Made by a program: the position numbers and the translations under genes
The notes under the pieces: model-generated
The model's database searches: none
Told to the model about the DNA's origin: nothing
What the model saw: the letters and a program-made list of their open reading frames with translations, nothing else
Shown here: piece by piece, positions 10,443 through 19,953 of the stretch
Position numbering within the stretch: the first letter of the stretch is position 1
How the letters are laid out: every line of letters begins with the position of its first letter
NCBI GenBank assembly: GCA_946404125.1
Contig: CAMJCK010000017.1
Location: forward strand, 349-64,348
Direction: 5' to 3'
DNA length: 64,000 bases
Origin: an uncultured Bacteroidota bacterium
Lineage (GTDB): Bacteria > Bacteroidota > Bacteroidia > Bacteroidales > SZUA-534

Positions 10443-10907
10443 ATGAAGAACACAAAAACCCTGAGCGTTTCGGCCATCGAGAACGGAACCGTAATCGACC
10501 ATATTCCGGCACAGAACCTGTTCAACGTCATATCAATTTTAGGTCTCGACCAACTGACTGAAAGTCAGATAACTTTCGGCTACAATCTGCCCAGCGAGAA
10601 GTTGGGCCGCAAAGCCATCATCAAAATCGCCGACAAGTTTTTCGAAGACATTGAAGTGGACAAAATCGCACTCGTCGCGCCGCACGCAAAACTCAATATA
10701 ATAAGGAATTATGAAGTTGTTGAGAAACGTCAGGTGAACGTTCCTGAGCAGATTTTCAACATCGCACGCTGTATGAACCCGAAGTGCATCACCAACCACG
10801 AGAACATCCCAACAAAATTCCGCGTGATAAACGACGGCAAAGTCAAACTCAAATGCTGCTACTGCGAAAAAGACACCGACATTGAGCATATGAAGCTGAT
10901 TAGGTAG
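10443..10907 (+). CDS. pyrI: Aspartate carbamoyltransferase regulatory subunit
   Basis: 154 aa with C-terminal zinc cysteines CMNPKC...CCYCEK and the pyrB-pyrI gene order. Confidence 0.92.
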   Translation: MKNTKTLSVSAIENGTVIDHIPAQNLFNVISILGLDQLTESQITFGYNLPSEKLGRKAIIKIADKFFEDIEVDKIALVAPHAKLNIIRNYEVVEKRQVNVPEQIFNIARCMNPKCITNHENIPTKFRVINDGKVKLKCCYCEKDTDIEHMKLIR

Positions 10908-11069
10908 CATTCGACTTTTCAGCACCTACAACACAGACCAACAAGACTTCAGCCTTGATTGAGTCTGTGTTTTTTTGTGCATAACTTTTTAAAAAGTTGA
11001 AAAGCCGACGTTTTCGGGCGCTTTCCATTTTGCATAATTTGCCGCAAAATCAGAAAAGCTCGACTCGAA

Positions 11070-12380
11070 ATGAGTGTCAATAAATTCCAAATTAACGGCA
11101 GTTGCAAACTCTGCGGCTCAATCACGCCGCAGGGTGCAAAAAACGAGGCGCTGCAAGTGTTGTGCGCCGTTCTGCTCACCGACCAGGAAGTCATTATCCG
11201 CAACATTCCCTGCATACGCGACGTGAACACGCTCATCGACATCATTGCCGATATGGGCGTCACGGTTGAGCACATCGACAAGCACACGTGCCGATTCAAG
11301 GCCGACAACATCCAGCCCGAATATCTGCAATCGCGCGAGTTTGCCGAAAAAACAGCCAAAATCCGCGGCTCGGTAATGCTTGTGGGCCCGCTGTTGGCAA
11401 GGTTCGGCAAGGCGTACATTCCCAAACCAGGCGGCGACAAAATCGGTCGGCGCCGATTGGACACGCACTTCATCGGCCTGCAGAATTTGGGCGCGAAATT
11501 CGAGTACAACGCCGACGGAAAATTCTACAACGTTGAAGGTAAAAACCTGAAAGGCACATATATGCTGCTCGACGAAGCGTCGGTGACGGGCACGGCCAAC
11601 ATTATTCTGACGGCCGTAATGGCGCAAGGCACAACCACCATCTACAACGCCGCGTGCGAGCCTTATATTCAGCAACTTTGCAAAATGCTGAACAAAATGG
11701 GCGCGCGCATTTCGGGCATCGGGTCGAACCTGCTCACCATTGAGGGCGTGACGTCGCTCAACGGCTGCGACCACACCATCCTGCCCGATATGATTGAGAT
11801 TGGCAGTTTCATCGGCTTGGCCGCAATGACGCGTTCAGCGCTGACAATCAATAATGTATCGTATCAGAATTTGGGCATCATTCCGCGCGCGTTCCAGCGG
11901 TTGGGCATACAAATGGAACTGCGGGGCGACGACCTGTTCATCCCCGCGCAGGAACATTATGAAATTGAGACATTTATCGACGGCTCGATACTCACCATCG
12001 ACGACGCGCCGTGGCCAGGGCTCACCCCCGACCTTTTGAGCGTGCTTTTGGTGGTGGCCACGCAGGCCAACGGCAGCGTGCTTTTCCATCAGAAAATGTT
12101 CGAGAGCCGATTGTTTTTTGTTGATAAACTGATAGATATGGGCGCGCAGATAATCCTTTGCGACCCGCACCGCGCCACCGTCATCGGACTGAACAACAAG
12201 CACCGCCTGAAGGGCATCAATATGACCAGCCCCGACATCCGCGCAGGTATGGCAATGCTCATTGCGGCGCTCTCGGCCAAGGGCACGTCGGTCATTGACA
12301 ACATCGACCAAATTGACCGCGGATATGAGGACATCGACCTGCGAATCAACGCTTTAGGCGGAAACATCATCAGATTGTAA
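11070..12380 (+). CDS. murA: UDP-N-acetylglucosamine 1-carboxyvinyltransferase
   Basis: 436 aa with GAKNEALQVLCAVLL and the active-site loop KPGGDKIGRRRLDTH (Asp where E. coli has Cys115). Confidence 0.93.
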   Translation: MSVNKFQINGSCKLCGSITPQGAKNEALQVLCAVLLTDQEVIIRNIPCIRDVNTLIDIIADMGVTVEHIDKHTCRFKADNIQPEYLQSREFAEKTAKIRGSVMLVGPLLARFGKAYIPKPGGDKIGRRRLDTHFIGLQNLGAKFEYNADGKFYNVEGKNLKGTYMLLDEASVTGTANIILTAVMAQGTTTIYNAACEPYIQQLCKMLNKMGARISGIGSNLLTIEGVTSLNGCDHTILPDMIEIGSFIGLAAMTRSALTINNVSYQNLGIIPRAFQRLGIQMELRGDDLFIPAQEHYEIETFIDGSILTIDDAPWPGLTPDLLSVLLVVATQANGSVLFHQKMFESRLFFVDKLIDMGAQIILCDPHRATVIGLNNKHRLKGINMTSPDIRAGMAMLIAALSAKGTSVIDNIDQIDRGYEDIDLRINALGGNIIRL

Positions 12381-12398
12381 AACTCAAAAACAATTGTT

Positions 12399-13424
12399 TT
12401 GGAAAAATACATTAGCAACGATTTTGTGAATGATGTCAACCGACTGATTGACAGCACGAACCGAATTGTAATCACATCGCACAAAAACCCCGACGGCGAC
12501 GCTGTGGGGTCGGGATTGGCGCTATATAACTATCTGAAAAACAAAGGTAAAGACGTGCGTTTCATTCTGCCCGACCTTATGCCGCAGAACCTGAAATGGC
12601 TGCCAGGCGTGGACGAAATAGTGACCTACAAGACGCAGACCGAAGAGGCCGACCGCATTATCGCCGACGCCGAACTGCTGATTATGGCCGACTTCAACAG
12701 CCCCACACGAATGGGCGACGCGGTGAAGAGTTTCGACGCCAGCGAGGCCAAACGCGTGCTGATTGACCACCATCCGTTTCCCGAAATCCGCACCGACGTG
12801 GCCTACAGCCGCCCCGAGGCAAGCAGCACGTCGGAACTTGTGTATGAACTACTTACAGAACTCGAAGGCACCGACGTGCTCGACACCACGGTGGCCACCT
12901 GCATCTTCACGGGCATAATGACCGACACGGGCTGCTTCAACTACAACTCGTCGTCGCCGAACGTGTTCCGAATCATTGCCTGCCTGCTCGAGTCGAAAAT
13001 CGAGAAGGACCAGATTATCGACCACGTTTTCAACCACTTCTCTGAAACACGGCTGCGGCTTTTGGGCTTCAGTCTGTACAAAAAAATGAAGGTGATTCCG
13101 AAATATCAGACGGCCTACATTTGGCTCACAAAGAAAGAACTCGAAGATTTCAACAATCAGCAGGGCGACACCGAAGGGCTTGTAAATTACCCACTTACGA
13201 TTGACGGAATCAACTTTTCGGCGCTTTTCACCGAAAAAGACGGCCTGACCAAATGCTCGTTCCGCTCGCGCGGCTCGTTCCCAGCAAACAAAGTGGCGGC
13301 CGAGCGATTCAGCGGCGGCGGCCACCTGAACGCGGCAGGCGGCGAGTTCCACAAAACCATCGGCAAAACCATCTACTATTTTGAGAAGGTTCTGCCTGAA
13401 TATGAGCAATATTTGGAAAAATGA
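12399..13424 (+). CDS. DHH/DHHA1 family phosphoesterase (NrnA-like)
   Basis: HKNPDGDAVGS, LIDHHP and C-terminal GGGHLNAAGG motifs. TTG start as in the track; stop overlaps the next ATG (ATGA). Confidence 0.8.
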   Translation: MEKYISNDFVNDVNRLIDSTNRIVITSHKNPDGDAVGSGLALYNYLKNKGKDVRFILPDLMPQNLKWLPGVDEIVTYKTQTEEADRIIADAELLIMADFNSPTRMGDAVKSFDASEAKRVLIDHHPFPEIRTDVAYSRPEASSTSELVYELLTELEGTDVLDTTVATCIFTGIMTDTGCFNYNSSSPNVFRIIACLLESKIEKDQIIDHVFNHFSETRLRLLGFSLYKKMKVIPKYQTAYIWLTKKELEDFNNQQGDTEGLVNYPLTIDGINFSALFTEKDGLTKCSFRSRGSFPANKVAAERFSGGGHLNAAGGEFHKTIGKTIYYFEKVLPEYEQYLEK

Positions 13425-13936
13425 GAGCCGCGTGCGCCATATTGATTGCTTTGGCGGCCGCTGCGGCGGGCTGCAACAAAACCGACCAGAAGGGCGTGCC
13501 AATGAGCAAAGAGAGCCTGATTCGGGCCAACAAGGGGCTTGTGACCATCGACAAGGAACGGATTGAGGCTTTCGCCGAACGCCACCAATGGGAAATGAGC
13601 ACCACCGAAACGGGACTTTGGTATCAGATTTACGAGCACGGCACAGGCGACAGCGCACGCAACGGATTGATTGCCAGCCTGAAATACACCGTATCGCTGC
13701 TCGACGGAACGTTCTGCTACACATCGGACAGCACGGGCGAAAAGACATTCCTGATTGGCCAGGGCGGCGTTGAATCGGGGCTCGAAGAGGGAATTTTGCT
13801 AATGCGCTGCGGCGACAAGGCGCGGTTCATAATGCCGCCACACCTTGCCCACGGCCTTCCAGGCGACAATGATAAAATTCCACCCCGCTCGACTATCGTT
13901 TATCAAGTAGAATTGCTTAACTTAACCAACCACTAA
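13421..13936 (+). CDS. FKBP-type peptidyl-prolyl isomerase (lipoprotein)
   Basis: Lipobox LAAAAAGC; FKBP_C-like region GQGGVESGLEEGILLMRCGDKARFIMPPHLAHG. Confidence 0.8.
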   Translation: MRAACAILIALAAAAAGCNKTDQKGVPMSKESLIRANKGLVTIDKERIEAFAERHQWEMSTTETGLWYQIYEHGTGDSARNGLIASLKYTVSLLDGTFCYTSDSTGEKTFLIGQGGVESGLEEGILLMRCGDKARFIMPPHLAHGLPGDNDKIPPRSTIVYQVELLNLTNH

Positions 13937-13952
13937 CTGAAAACATATTGCA

Positions 13953-14891
13953 ATGTTTAAGAAATTGAAAATCAAATCGGTATGGATTGCCGCAATGGCT
14001 GTTGGGCTTGCGTTTGCCGCTTGTTCGGGCGGCCACGACGGCTACTCGCGCAAAAATGGCGTGCTCTACAAGTTGATTGTGATTGGCGACACCGTGTGCC
14101 CACCCAATGCAGGCGACTACGTGACCTGCCAACTCTGCTACTCGACAATGAGCGACTCGACGTTCTTTGTCGGCAATCGCACGTTCCAACTCACTGAACC
14201 AGAGTTCGATGGCTCGATTGACGTCTGCTTTCTGATGATGTCGGCAGGCGACAGCGCATCGTTCATTATCGATGCCGAGAACTTCTTCCAAAAAACATTG
14301 CAATGCCAGATGCCTTCATTCATAAAGAAAGGCGACAAAATGAAAATTGACATCCGAATGGATGACATCCGCACCGAAGACCAATACCGCCGCGACAAAG
14401 AGGAATTCCTGAAATGGATTGAGGATTTCGGTGAATATGAGAAACTTGTACTTCACAATTTCATCGAAAAAGAGAAAATCGAAGTTGAGCCGACCGAGTC
14501 GGGAATGTACTTCATCAGCCTTGTCAACGGTTCGGGAAAGCCTGTTGAATATGGTGATATTGTGACAGTTAACTACGAAGGCCGTTTCCTGAATGGCCGT
14601 TTCTTCGACTCGACAGTGAAACGCAACCAGCCGTTCGAGTTTGTCTATGGCACTGAACTTCAGGTAATTCCAGGACTTGAAGACGCCATTGGCCGTATGC
14701 GCGAAGGACAGCGTGCGTTGGTGATTCTGCCGTCGGACTTGGCGTGGGGCGAGAAAGGCTCATCAACGGGCATTGTGCCGCCGTTCACCACCGTGATTTA
14801 CGAAGTTGAACTGCTTAAGGCCGTTCCGCAATCGTCTGATTCTGAAGATTCTGAAGATATTGAAAAGCAATCTGACAGCACCGAAGAGTAG
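13953..14891 (+). CDS. FKBP-type peptidyl-prolyl isomerase (lipoprotein, two-domain)
   Basis: Lipobox LAFAACS; C-terminal VIPGLEDAIGRMREGQRALVILPSDLAWGEKG; acidic Ser/Asp/Glu tail. Confidence 0.8.
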   Translation: MFKKLKIKSVWIAAMAVGLAFAACSGGHDGYSRKNGVLYKLIVIGDTVCPPNAGDYVTCQLCYSTMSDSTFFVGNRTFQLTEPEFDGSIDVCFLMMSAGDSASFIIDAENFFQKTLQCQMPSFIKKGDKMKIDIRMDDIRTEDQYRRDKEEFLKWIEDFGEYEKLVLHNFIEKEKIEVEPTESGMYFISLVNGSGKPVEYGDIVTVNYEGRFLNGRFFDSTVKRNQPFEFVYGTELQVIPGLEDAIGRMREGQRALVILPSDLAWGEKGSSTGIVPPFTTVIYEVELLKAVPQSSDSEDSEDIEKQSDSTEE

Positions 14892-15771
14892 CGGCGGAAC
14901 AAATTGGCTGAAAAAATACAGCGTTCCGATTGCCACCTACGCCATCTTCACGCTTATCGGTTTGATTGTGTGGGCAATACGCGATGTGCGCTACTTCGCC
15001 CTATTCAACGGCATCGGCACCACCGAACTTGTAACCCGCATTTTGGTTATCAACAACCCGCGCCTGCGCCAGCCGATGCGCCGCCTTGTGCAAATTATTG
15101 TAGGCGGTATGTTGCTGATAATGTTGGGCTTTGTGTTTGGCGTCAACTTCCAGTTCGAGCAGATTTTCTTCGATTTTCAGGCAGGTGTGGTCACGGGCGC
15201 GCTCATCCAACTAATCATTGCGCGGCTGATAATTCCGTTTGTGTTTGGCAATGCTTTCTGCTCGCGCGCCTGTTGGGACGGCGCCATTTTTGAGATTACC
15301 AACCGCAAAAACGGCCGAAACATCAAGCGCAAACCGTGGTTGGCGTGGGCTTATCTTATTCTGCTTGTGGCTGTTGCTTTTGCGGTGGCGCACTATTTCA
15401 CCAATCCCGCCGGCGACGAGAACGAACTTCTGCGCAAGAAGTGGATTGTAGGGCAAAACCTGTTCATCATTGGTGGCGGCTATCTGCTTACAATGCTCTG
15501 CGGAAGCCGCGCCTACTGCCGCCTTCTCTGCCCGTTTATGACAATTTCGAGTCTGCTCTACCGCTTCTCTATTTTCAAGATAACACCCGTAAAATCAGCC
15601 GACTGCACTCAATGCGGCGCCTGCTCGCAAGCCTGCCCGATGCTAATCGATGTGAAAGAGTCAGTGCAGAATGTAGAGAAGGTGAAAAACGCGCAATGCA
15701 TCTTGTGCGAACGCTGCGTCAGCGCTTGCAAACAGAACGTGCTGAAAGTGAGTGCGAAAAAGGCGGAATAA
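14806..15771 (+). CDS. 4Fe-4S ferredoxin-domain membrane protein (start unresolved)
   Basis: Several hydrophobic helices, then CTQCGACSQACP and CILCERCVSAC cluster motifs. The track start is a TTG that overlaps the upstream gene by 86 nt, and there is no nearby in-frame ATG after the upstream stop. Confidence 0.65.
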   Translation: MNCLRPFRNRLILKILKILKSNLTAPKSSGGTNWLKKYSVPIATYAIFTLIGLIVWAIRDVRYFALFNGIGTTELVTRILVINNPRLRQPMRRLVQIIVGGMLLIMLGFVFGVNFQFEQIFFDFQAGVVTGALIQLIIARLIIPFVFGNAFCSRACWDGAIFEITNRKNGRNIKRKPWLAWAYLILLVAVAFAVAHYFTNPAGDENELLRKKWIVGQNLFIIGGGYLLTMLCGSRAYCRLLCPFMTISSLLYRFSIFKITPVKSADCTQCGACSQACPMLIDVKESVQNVEKVKNAQCILCERCVSACKQNVLKVSAKKAE

Positions 15772-15847
15772 AGGTTATTTAGGAGTTAGGAGTTAGAGAG
15801 TTAGGTATTTGTTTATTTTTGTTTATCTTCACTAATAATTTAATATT

Positions 15848-16939
15848 ATGAAGCACTGCTTTTTATTTCTTGCTTTAGTCACATTGCTGACGGCTTGCAA
15901 CACCAAACAATCAAATTCCGACAAAGTTACATATCTCACGAAAGAAGACCTGCCCCCGTTGCAACAACTTGAATATGAAAAGATTGACTTACCAGAAGAA
16001 GAGTGCTGGGGGTATCTTTCATATCATGTATATCACGACTCGCTGCTGATTATCAAACACAATATGCCCAAACTTCACTTTTTGACAGCCATCAATTTGA
16101 ATACCAAAGAGATAATCGGGCGGTTTATTACAAAAGGCAACGGACCTGGTGAAGTAAATTATTTATCCACTCAAAATTTAAGGAAGAACCTGCTTTATAG
16201 TTATGACCCAAATTCATACAGTTTTATAGTGTTCAATATGGACTCACTGTGGCTACATAAGCAAGCCTACAAACCACAAATAATTCGTCTGTCTAAACAA
16301 ATCACCACTCCTTACCCGAATTTCGACTTATTGTCAGATACTTCCATTGTCTATTACAATGAGTGGTATTTAGAGAACTGCGAAAACCCAGCAAACGCGA
16401 ATGCGCCTGAATTACTGAAGTTCGGACTCGACGGCAAAATCACATACGAAATACCCGATGACGTTTGGAATGTATCGGCTTTAAACTCCTCTTCGTTAGC
16501 AACAGATTTGGAGCGAAAGCGAATTTTCATTGCTTACAATCAAAAACCCGAATTCAAACTGCTTAATTTGAATTTCGACACCATTCAAATAATCAAAGGA
16601 ACAGACCCTGTTGAGAAGCCAGTATATAAATTATTTGGAGTCAAAGGCATACCACAAATTATGATGCCTGATTTTTATAGTTTTTATGGTCAGATTGTGT
16701 TAAGCACGGAGAATTATGTCTTTATCAGTATGAGTAAAATCAGAAACATCGCAAGATTGGAATTGGAAAAAGCAAATAGGACCTATGAGTTATACAAATT
16801 TGATTGGGACGGCAATTTGCTCGCACGTTACCAGTTTGACCAGAACAGCGTTGCTGGTTACTCAGAATCGTCTAACACTCTGTATGTTAAAATCGAAAAC
16901 GAAGACGGTGAATTTGACCTTTTCAAGGCAAAATTGTAG
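15848..16939 (+). CDS. Lipoprotein of unknown function (possibly the Bacteroides 6-bladed beta-propeller lipoprotein type)
   Basis: Lipobox LVTLLTAC; 363 aa; AT-rich relative to its neighbours. Family assignment is from memory only. Confidence 0.6.
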   Translation: MKHCFLFLALVTLLTACNTKQSNSDKVTYLTKEDLPPLQQLEYEKIDLPEEECWGYLSYHVYHDSLLIIKHNMPKLHFLTAINLNTKEIIGRFITKGNGPGEVNYLSTQNLRKNLLYSYDPNSYSFIVFNMDSLWLHKQAYKPQIIRLSKQITTPYPNFDLLSDTSIVYYNEWYLENCENPANANAPELLKFGLDGKITYEIPDDVWNVSALNSSSLATDLERKRIFIAYNQKPEFKLLNLNFDTIQIIKGTDPVEKPVYKLFGVKGIPQIMMPDFYSFYGQIVLSTENYVFISMSKIRNIARLELEKANRTYELYKFDWDGNLLARYQFDQNSVAGYSESSNTLYVKIENEDGEFDLFKAKL

Positions 16940-17027
16940 GCGGGCTCCTCTCCTACAAATCAAGTTTCAACTCTCCCGATTCGTAGGCACGGAACTTTTC
17001 TGATAACTCGTTGAACCACACCACTAA

Positions 17028-17094
17028 TTGTGAGATGACGGTGCGTCTGCAAACGGAACATACTGAAAGTAAGTGCAAAAAAGGCAGAATAAGG
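17028..17094 (+). pseudogene. Decayed duplicate of the 3' end of the 4Fe-4S gene
   Basis: 17048-17094 TGCAAACGGAACATACTGAAAGTAAGTGCAAAAAAGGCAGAATAAGGG aligns to 15727-15774 TGCAAACAGAACGTGCTGAAAGTGAGTGCGAAAAAGGCGGAATAAAGG (about 40 of 47 identical). In-frame stops are present. Confidence 0.55.
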
Positions 17095-17212
17095 GCGCCT
17101 CTCTCCCACCTTAAACCATATATATAATAGGTATGGTTCACGGCCCGAAAATAAATTTCGTTTTTTGCGCGCCCGTGTTGTGCGGAATTAACTTTTTTCT
17201 ACTTTTGTCGCC

Positions 17213-17297
17213 GGAGAGATGGCAGAGTGGTCGATTGCACCGGTCTTGAAAACCGGCGTGCTGAGAGGCACCGGGGGTTCGAATCCCTCTCTCTCCG
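17213..17297 (+). tRNA. tRNA-Ser (anticodon UGA)
   Basis: GGAGAGA acceptor stem pairs with TCTCTCC. Anticodon arm CCGGT-CTTGAAA-ACCGG, long variable arm (GTGC...GCAC), T-loop GGTTCGAATCC. No encoded CCA. Confidence 0.93.
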
Positions 17298-17299
17298 CA
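17282..17299 (+). repeat. attL core (direct repeat, part of the intact tRNA-Ser 3' end)
   Basis: AATCCCTCTCTCTCCGCA, identical to 54785-54802. Confidence 0.9.
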
Positions 17300-17333
17300 T
17301 ACTTAGACTGATAATCAGTTAGTTAAAAGCAAG

Positions 17334-17353
17334 TGCTTACATTTTTGATTACA
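17334..17353 (+). repeat. End-proximal repeat shared by both island ends
   Basis: TGCTTACATTTTTGATTACA here versus TGCTTACATTTTGATTACA at 54651-54669, same orientation. Confidence 0.8.
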
Positions 17354-17402
17354 AAATTGTAGGCACTTTTTTCTTTTTGCCACTTCATTATTTTACAATT
17401 TT

Positions 17403-17665
17403 GGTTTACAGCACATTCGTACATAAAATACCGAATATCAGGAAATTACCATCTATTTGAGCCTAAAACTGTAAACCTTGGCAATAACGGTAATAATGTA
17501 CGTAATTATTTGAATATCAACAAGAAACAAGGGTGTATAAACGGCAAAGGTTTACAAGATTTACAGGGTATTCAACTGTGAATCAGCTTGTTGCGCAATT
17601 TTGTAAACCGTAAACCTTTCGGTCCAATTGTTTTCAACTTAACTATTTGTAAACATGGTTTACAA
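17403..17665. repeat. Cluster of GGTTTACA / TGTAAACC 8-mers (left end of island)
   Basis: Copies at 17403, 17469 (rc), 17549, 17558 (GATTTACA), 17602 (rc), 17610 (rc), and the palindrome TTGTAAACATGGTTTACAA at 17647-17665. Confidence 0.85.
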
Positions 17666-17820
17666 CTTAATTGGCTTATATATAGCTATTTGATAGTGCT
17701 GTAAAGTTGTAAATAAAAGTGTTTACTGAAGATGAAAATAGAACTTATATGCTATTTTACAATGATTTAATTTAAACCCTATTCCATTTAAAAATAAATG
17801 TAACTTGATGGAAAGAATTA

Positions 17821-18573
17821 TTATTTCTGATTGTTCTCTGATTTCAGCAATGTGATTTGCCGCTTTAGTTCTGAGATCTCTTCGTCCTTCCTCTTGAGTT
17901 CCAGCTCAAGGTTGTATTTTTCCTCCGATACCTTCATATACATCTTTGATAGCATTGAGGGTTCACTCATGGGGGAATTCGACGAAAAACCATCTTCTAT
18001 TTTATTAAGTGAGAATTTGCCATTTATGGCCATTGCTTCTTCATTGAAATATTTAGTGATTGAAAAGTGTACATTGTACAATTCACAGTACTTATCAGCA
18101 AAATTGTCTGATAATGTTCTTGATGTATAGATTGAAAGGCCTACTTTTGAATATTTTAGTTTTTTGGCAACAGTTTTCCTTGTGATGCCCTTATCTTTCA
18201 GGTCATTTAGTTCCATCGCCAACCATGCCTTTTTAAAATCGGAGAAACAAAAATATTTAGACTCTTCGTTCATGGGGCGGCAACCGGGATAATTAATGGC
18301 ACTTAGCGCATTCCCTCTTTCAACGTAAAAAATACCATAACCTTCATAAGATTTATTCACCACGAAAGCTAGTTGGTACGCCTTTGAAAACCTATCAAGA
18401 AAAGCATCAGATGGCATTCTACTAAGTGCATTGGATAATGCGGCCGCAGTCATCCCTAAAGCAGATGCTATTTCTGCTTTTTTTATTCCCTTGTGTAACA
18501 ACCAATCAATTTCAAATTCAAACCATGTTTTTTTGAATTCTGAGAAGTTGTTGACTGTTCTTGACACTTCCAT
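17821..18573 (-). CDS. Hypothetical DNA-binding protein with an internally duplicated HTH-like module and a C-terminal coiled coil
   Basis: Two about 90-aa copies: FSEFKKTWFEFEIDWLLHKGIKKAEIASALGMT... and FSDFKKAWLAMELNDLKDKGITRKTVAKKLKYS.... C-terminus LELELKRKDEEISELKRQITLLKSEN. Confidence 0.5.
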   Translation of the reverse strand: MEVSRTVNNFSEFKKTWFEFEIDWLLHKGIKKAEIASALGMTAAALSNALSRMPSDAFLDRFSKAYQLAFVVNKSYEGYGIFYVERGNALSAINYPGCRPMNEESKYFCFSDFKKAWLAMELNDLKDKGITRKTVAKKLKYSKVGLSIYTSRTLSDNFADKYCELYNVHFSITKYFNEEAMAINGKFSLNKIEDGFSSNSPMSEPSMLSKMYMKVSEEKYNLELELKRKDEEISELKRQITLLKSENNQK

Positions 18574-18703
18574 AATAATGCAATAAATCTTTCGATTTGC
18601 TGCAAAATTAATAGAATATGCTTGAATTTGTTCAAATCTTCAAAATTTGTTCAAATCTTAAGAATTTGTTCAAATAGTTCAATTTGTCTAATACTCTTAA
18701 TAT

Positions 18704-19627
18704 TTAGTCATTTTGATTGATCACAATGTTGACTCCGGTGTGAGATAGAGCTATACCCTTCTTTTTCAGGAGTTTGCTTATTTCTCTTGTCGATTTCCCT
18801 TCTTTATGCAGTTTACTAATCAGTTTATCCCGTTGCTCATTATCTTTTCGAATTCTATTTTGTTCGGTAAATAGATGCTCAGCCTCTCTACTGGTACCTA
18901 ACTCGTTAAATATCAAATTATTTTCCTTTTTAACCAACTTATATTCGAGGACATTATCTTCATTGTATAGGCATTCCCCATTTCGAGTCTTAGTCTGTTT
19001 TACGTAGACTATATTTTTTCCTTTCACGCTGGGTACGATAGCGAATGCAGATTTACAAAAGTTTGATAAAGCCTTAGACCCCGCCAAAGTATCTGACGAC
19101 ACAGGAACGCTCTTATCTCGCTTTGGTGTGTGACCCACTAACATAATAGACATGTCTGAGTACTTGTCCACCAGGCATTTAAACATTAAAACAAACCGCT
19201 TAGCCTTATCGAAATTTGTAGGGTCATCCAGAATGATAGATATGTTGTCTACAATAAAAAATCTGATTTTGTTTTTTACGTATATGTTTTCAATACATTC
19301 AACCATCCGTGTGCCATCCAGCGTCATCATCTCCTCGGATGTTGGTTCGGCGCGGCAGAAGAATTCGCCTAAAAAATCCTTGGAGAAACGAGACATGAAC
19401 TCACGTTCTGTGAGTTCAAAATCCACATACAATACTTTTTCTTGCCGTTTTTTAGAAACTTCAACGCCCAATCCAACTGCAAAAATAGATTTTCCTGTGC
19501 CGGCTGGTCCGTACAAAATACATAAATCGTTTTCAAGCCAAAACGATTTGGCATCCAATGCCTGGATTCTTTCTTCTTCACGCAGATTTTCCATGTTTTT
19601 AGCAAGTTTAAAATTTAGAATACTCAT
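18704..19627 (-). CDS. RecA/DnaB-like P-loop ATPase (AAA_25 type) with C-terminal resolvase-type HTH
   Basis: Walker A ILYGPAGTGKS, Walker B FFIVDN, IMLVGHTPKRD; C-terminal KSTREISKLLKKKGIALSHTGV. Confidence 0.65.
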   Translation of the reverse strand: MSILNFKLAKNMENLREEERIQALDAKSFWLENDLCILYGPAGTGKSIFAVGLGVEVSKKRQEKVLYVDFELTEREFMSRFSKDFLGEFFCRAEPTSEEMMTLDGTRMVECIENIYVKNKIRFFIVDNISIILDDPTNFDKAKRFVLMFKCLVDKYSDMSIMLVGHTPKRDKSVPVSSDTLAGSKALSNFCKSAFAIVPSVKGKNIVYVKQTKTRNGECLYNEDNVLEYKLVKKENNLIFNELGTSREAEHLFTEQNRIRKDNEQRDKLISKLHKEGKSTREISKLLKKKGIALSHTGVNIVINQND

Positions 19628-19659
19628 ATTTTTTAATTTAATGTCTTTAATGAATCCTT

Positions 19660-19953
19660 TTATTTTTTGTTTTTCGATAAAGAATCGCCGCCACTATCGG
19701 GAATCACTTTGAGGGTCTGCAAAACTATATCTGAGTCAAACGCCACCTTACGCCCTATCTGATACAACGCGACATCTATAATGCCTGAGTTTTTTAAAGA
19801 TTGAGCCTTAGGGATGCTGATATTCAACAGTTTTGCCAACCCTTTGATTCCATAAACAAGATTGGGCGTTTTTGATTTTTGAATCGAGTCGAGACGCTCA
19901 AGAATTTTGATCAGCAGTGATCTTTCATCTGAATTAAAATTTATTTCTTCCAT
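19660..19953 (-). CDS. Excisionase-family / MerR-like HTH protein
   Basis: 97 aa from ATG 19953. GIKGLAKLLNISIPKAQSLKNSGIIDVALYQIGRKVAFD resembles HTH_17 excisionase-type proteins. Confidence 0.6.
   Translation of the reverse strand: MEEINFNSDERSLLIKILERLDSIQKSKTPNLVYGIKGLAKLLNISIPKAQSLKNSGIIDVALYQIGRKVAFDSDIVLQTLKVIPDSGGDSLSKNKK

Noticed and set aside
12849-13748. 299-aa minus-strand ORF across the nrnA-like and FKBP genes
   Set aside because: It is antisense to two motif-supported genes and is Arg/Pro/Cys-rich nonsense.
14710-14908. Tried to fix the true start of the 4Fe-4S membrane protein
   Set aside because: There is no in-frame ATG, GTG or TTG between the upstream stop (14889-14891) and the first TM helix. 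I kept the track start (TTG 14806) with low confidence rather than invent one.
16953-17141. 62-aa minus-strand ORF between the lipoprotein gene and tRNA-Ser
   Set aside because: It overlaps the decayed 4Fe-4S 3' duplicate and has no motif. Probably non-coding.
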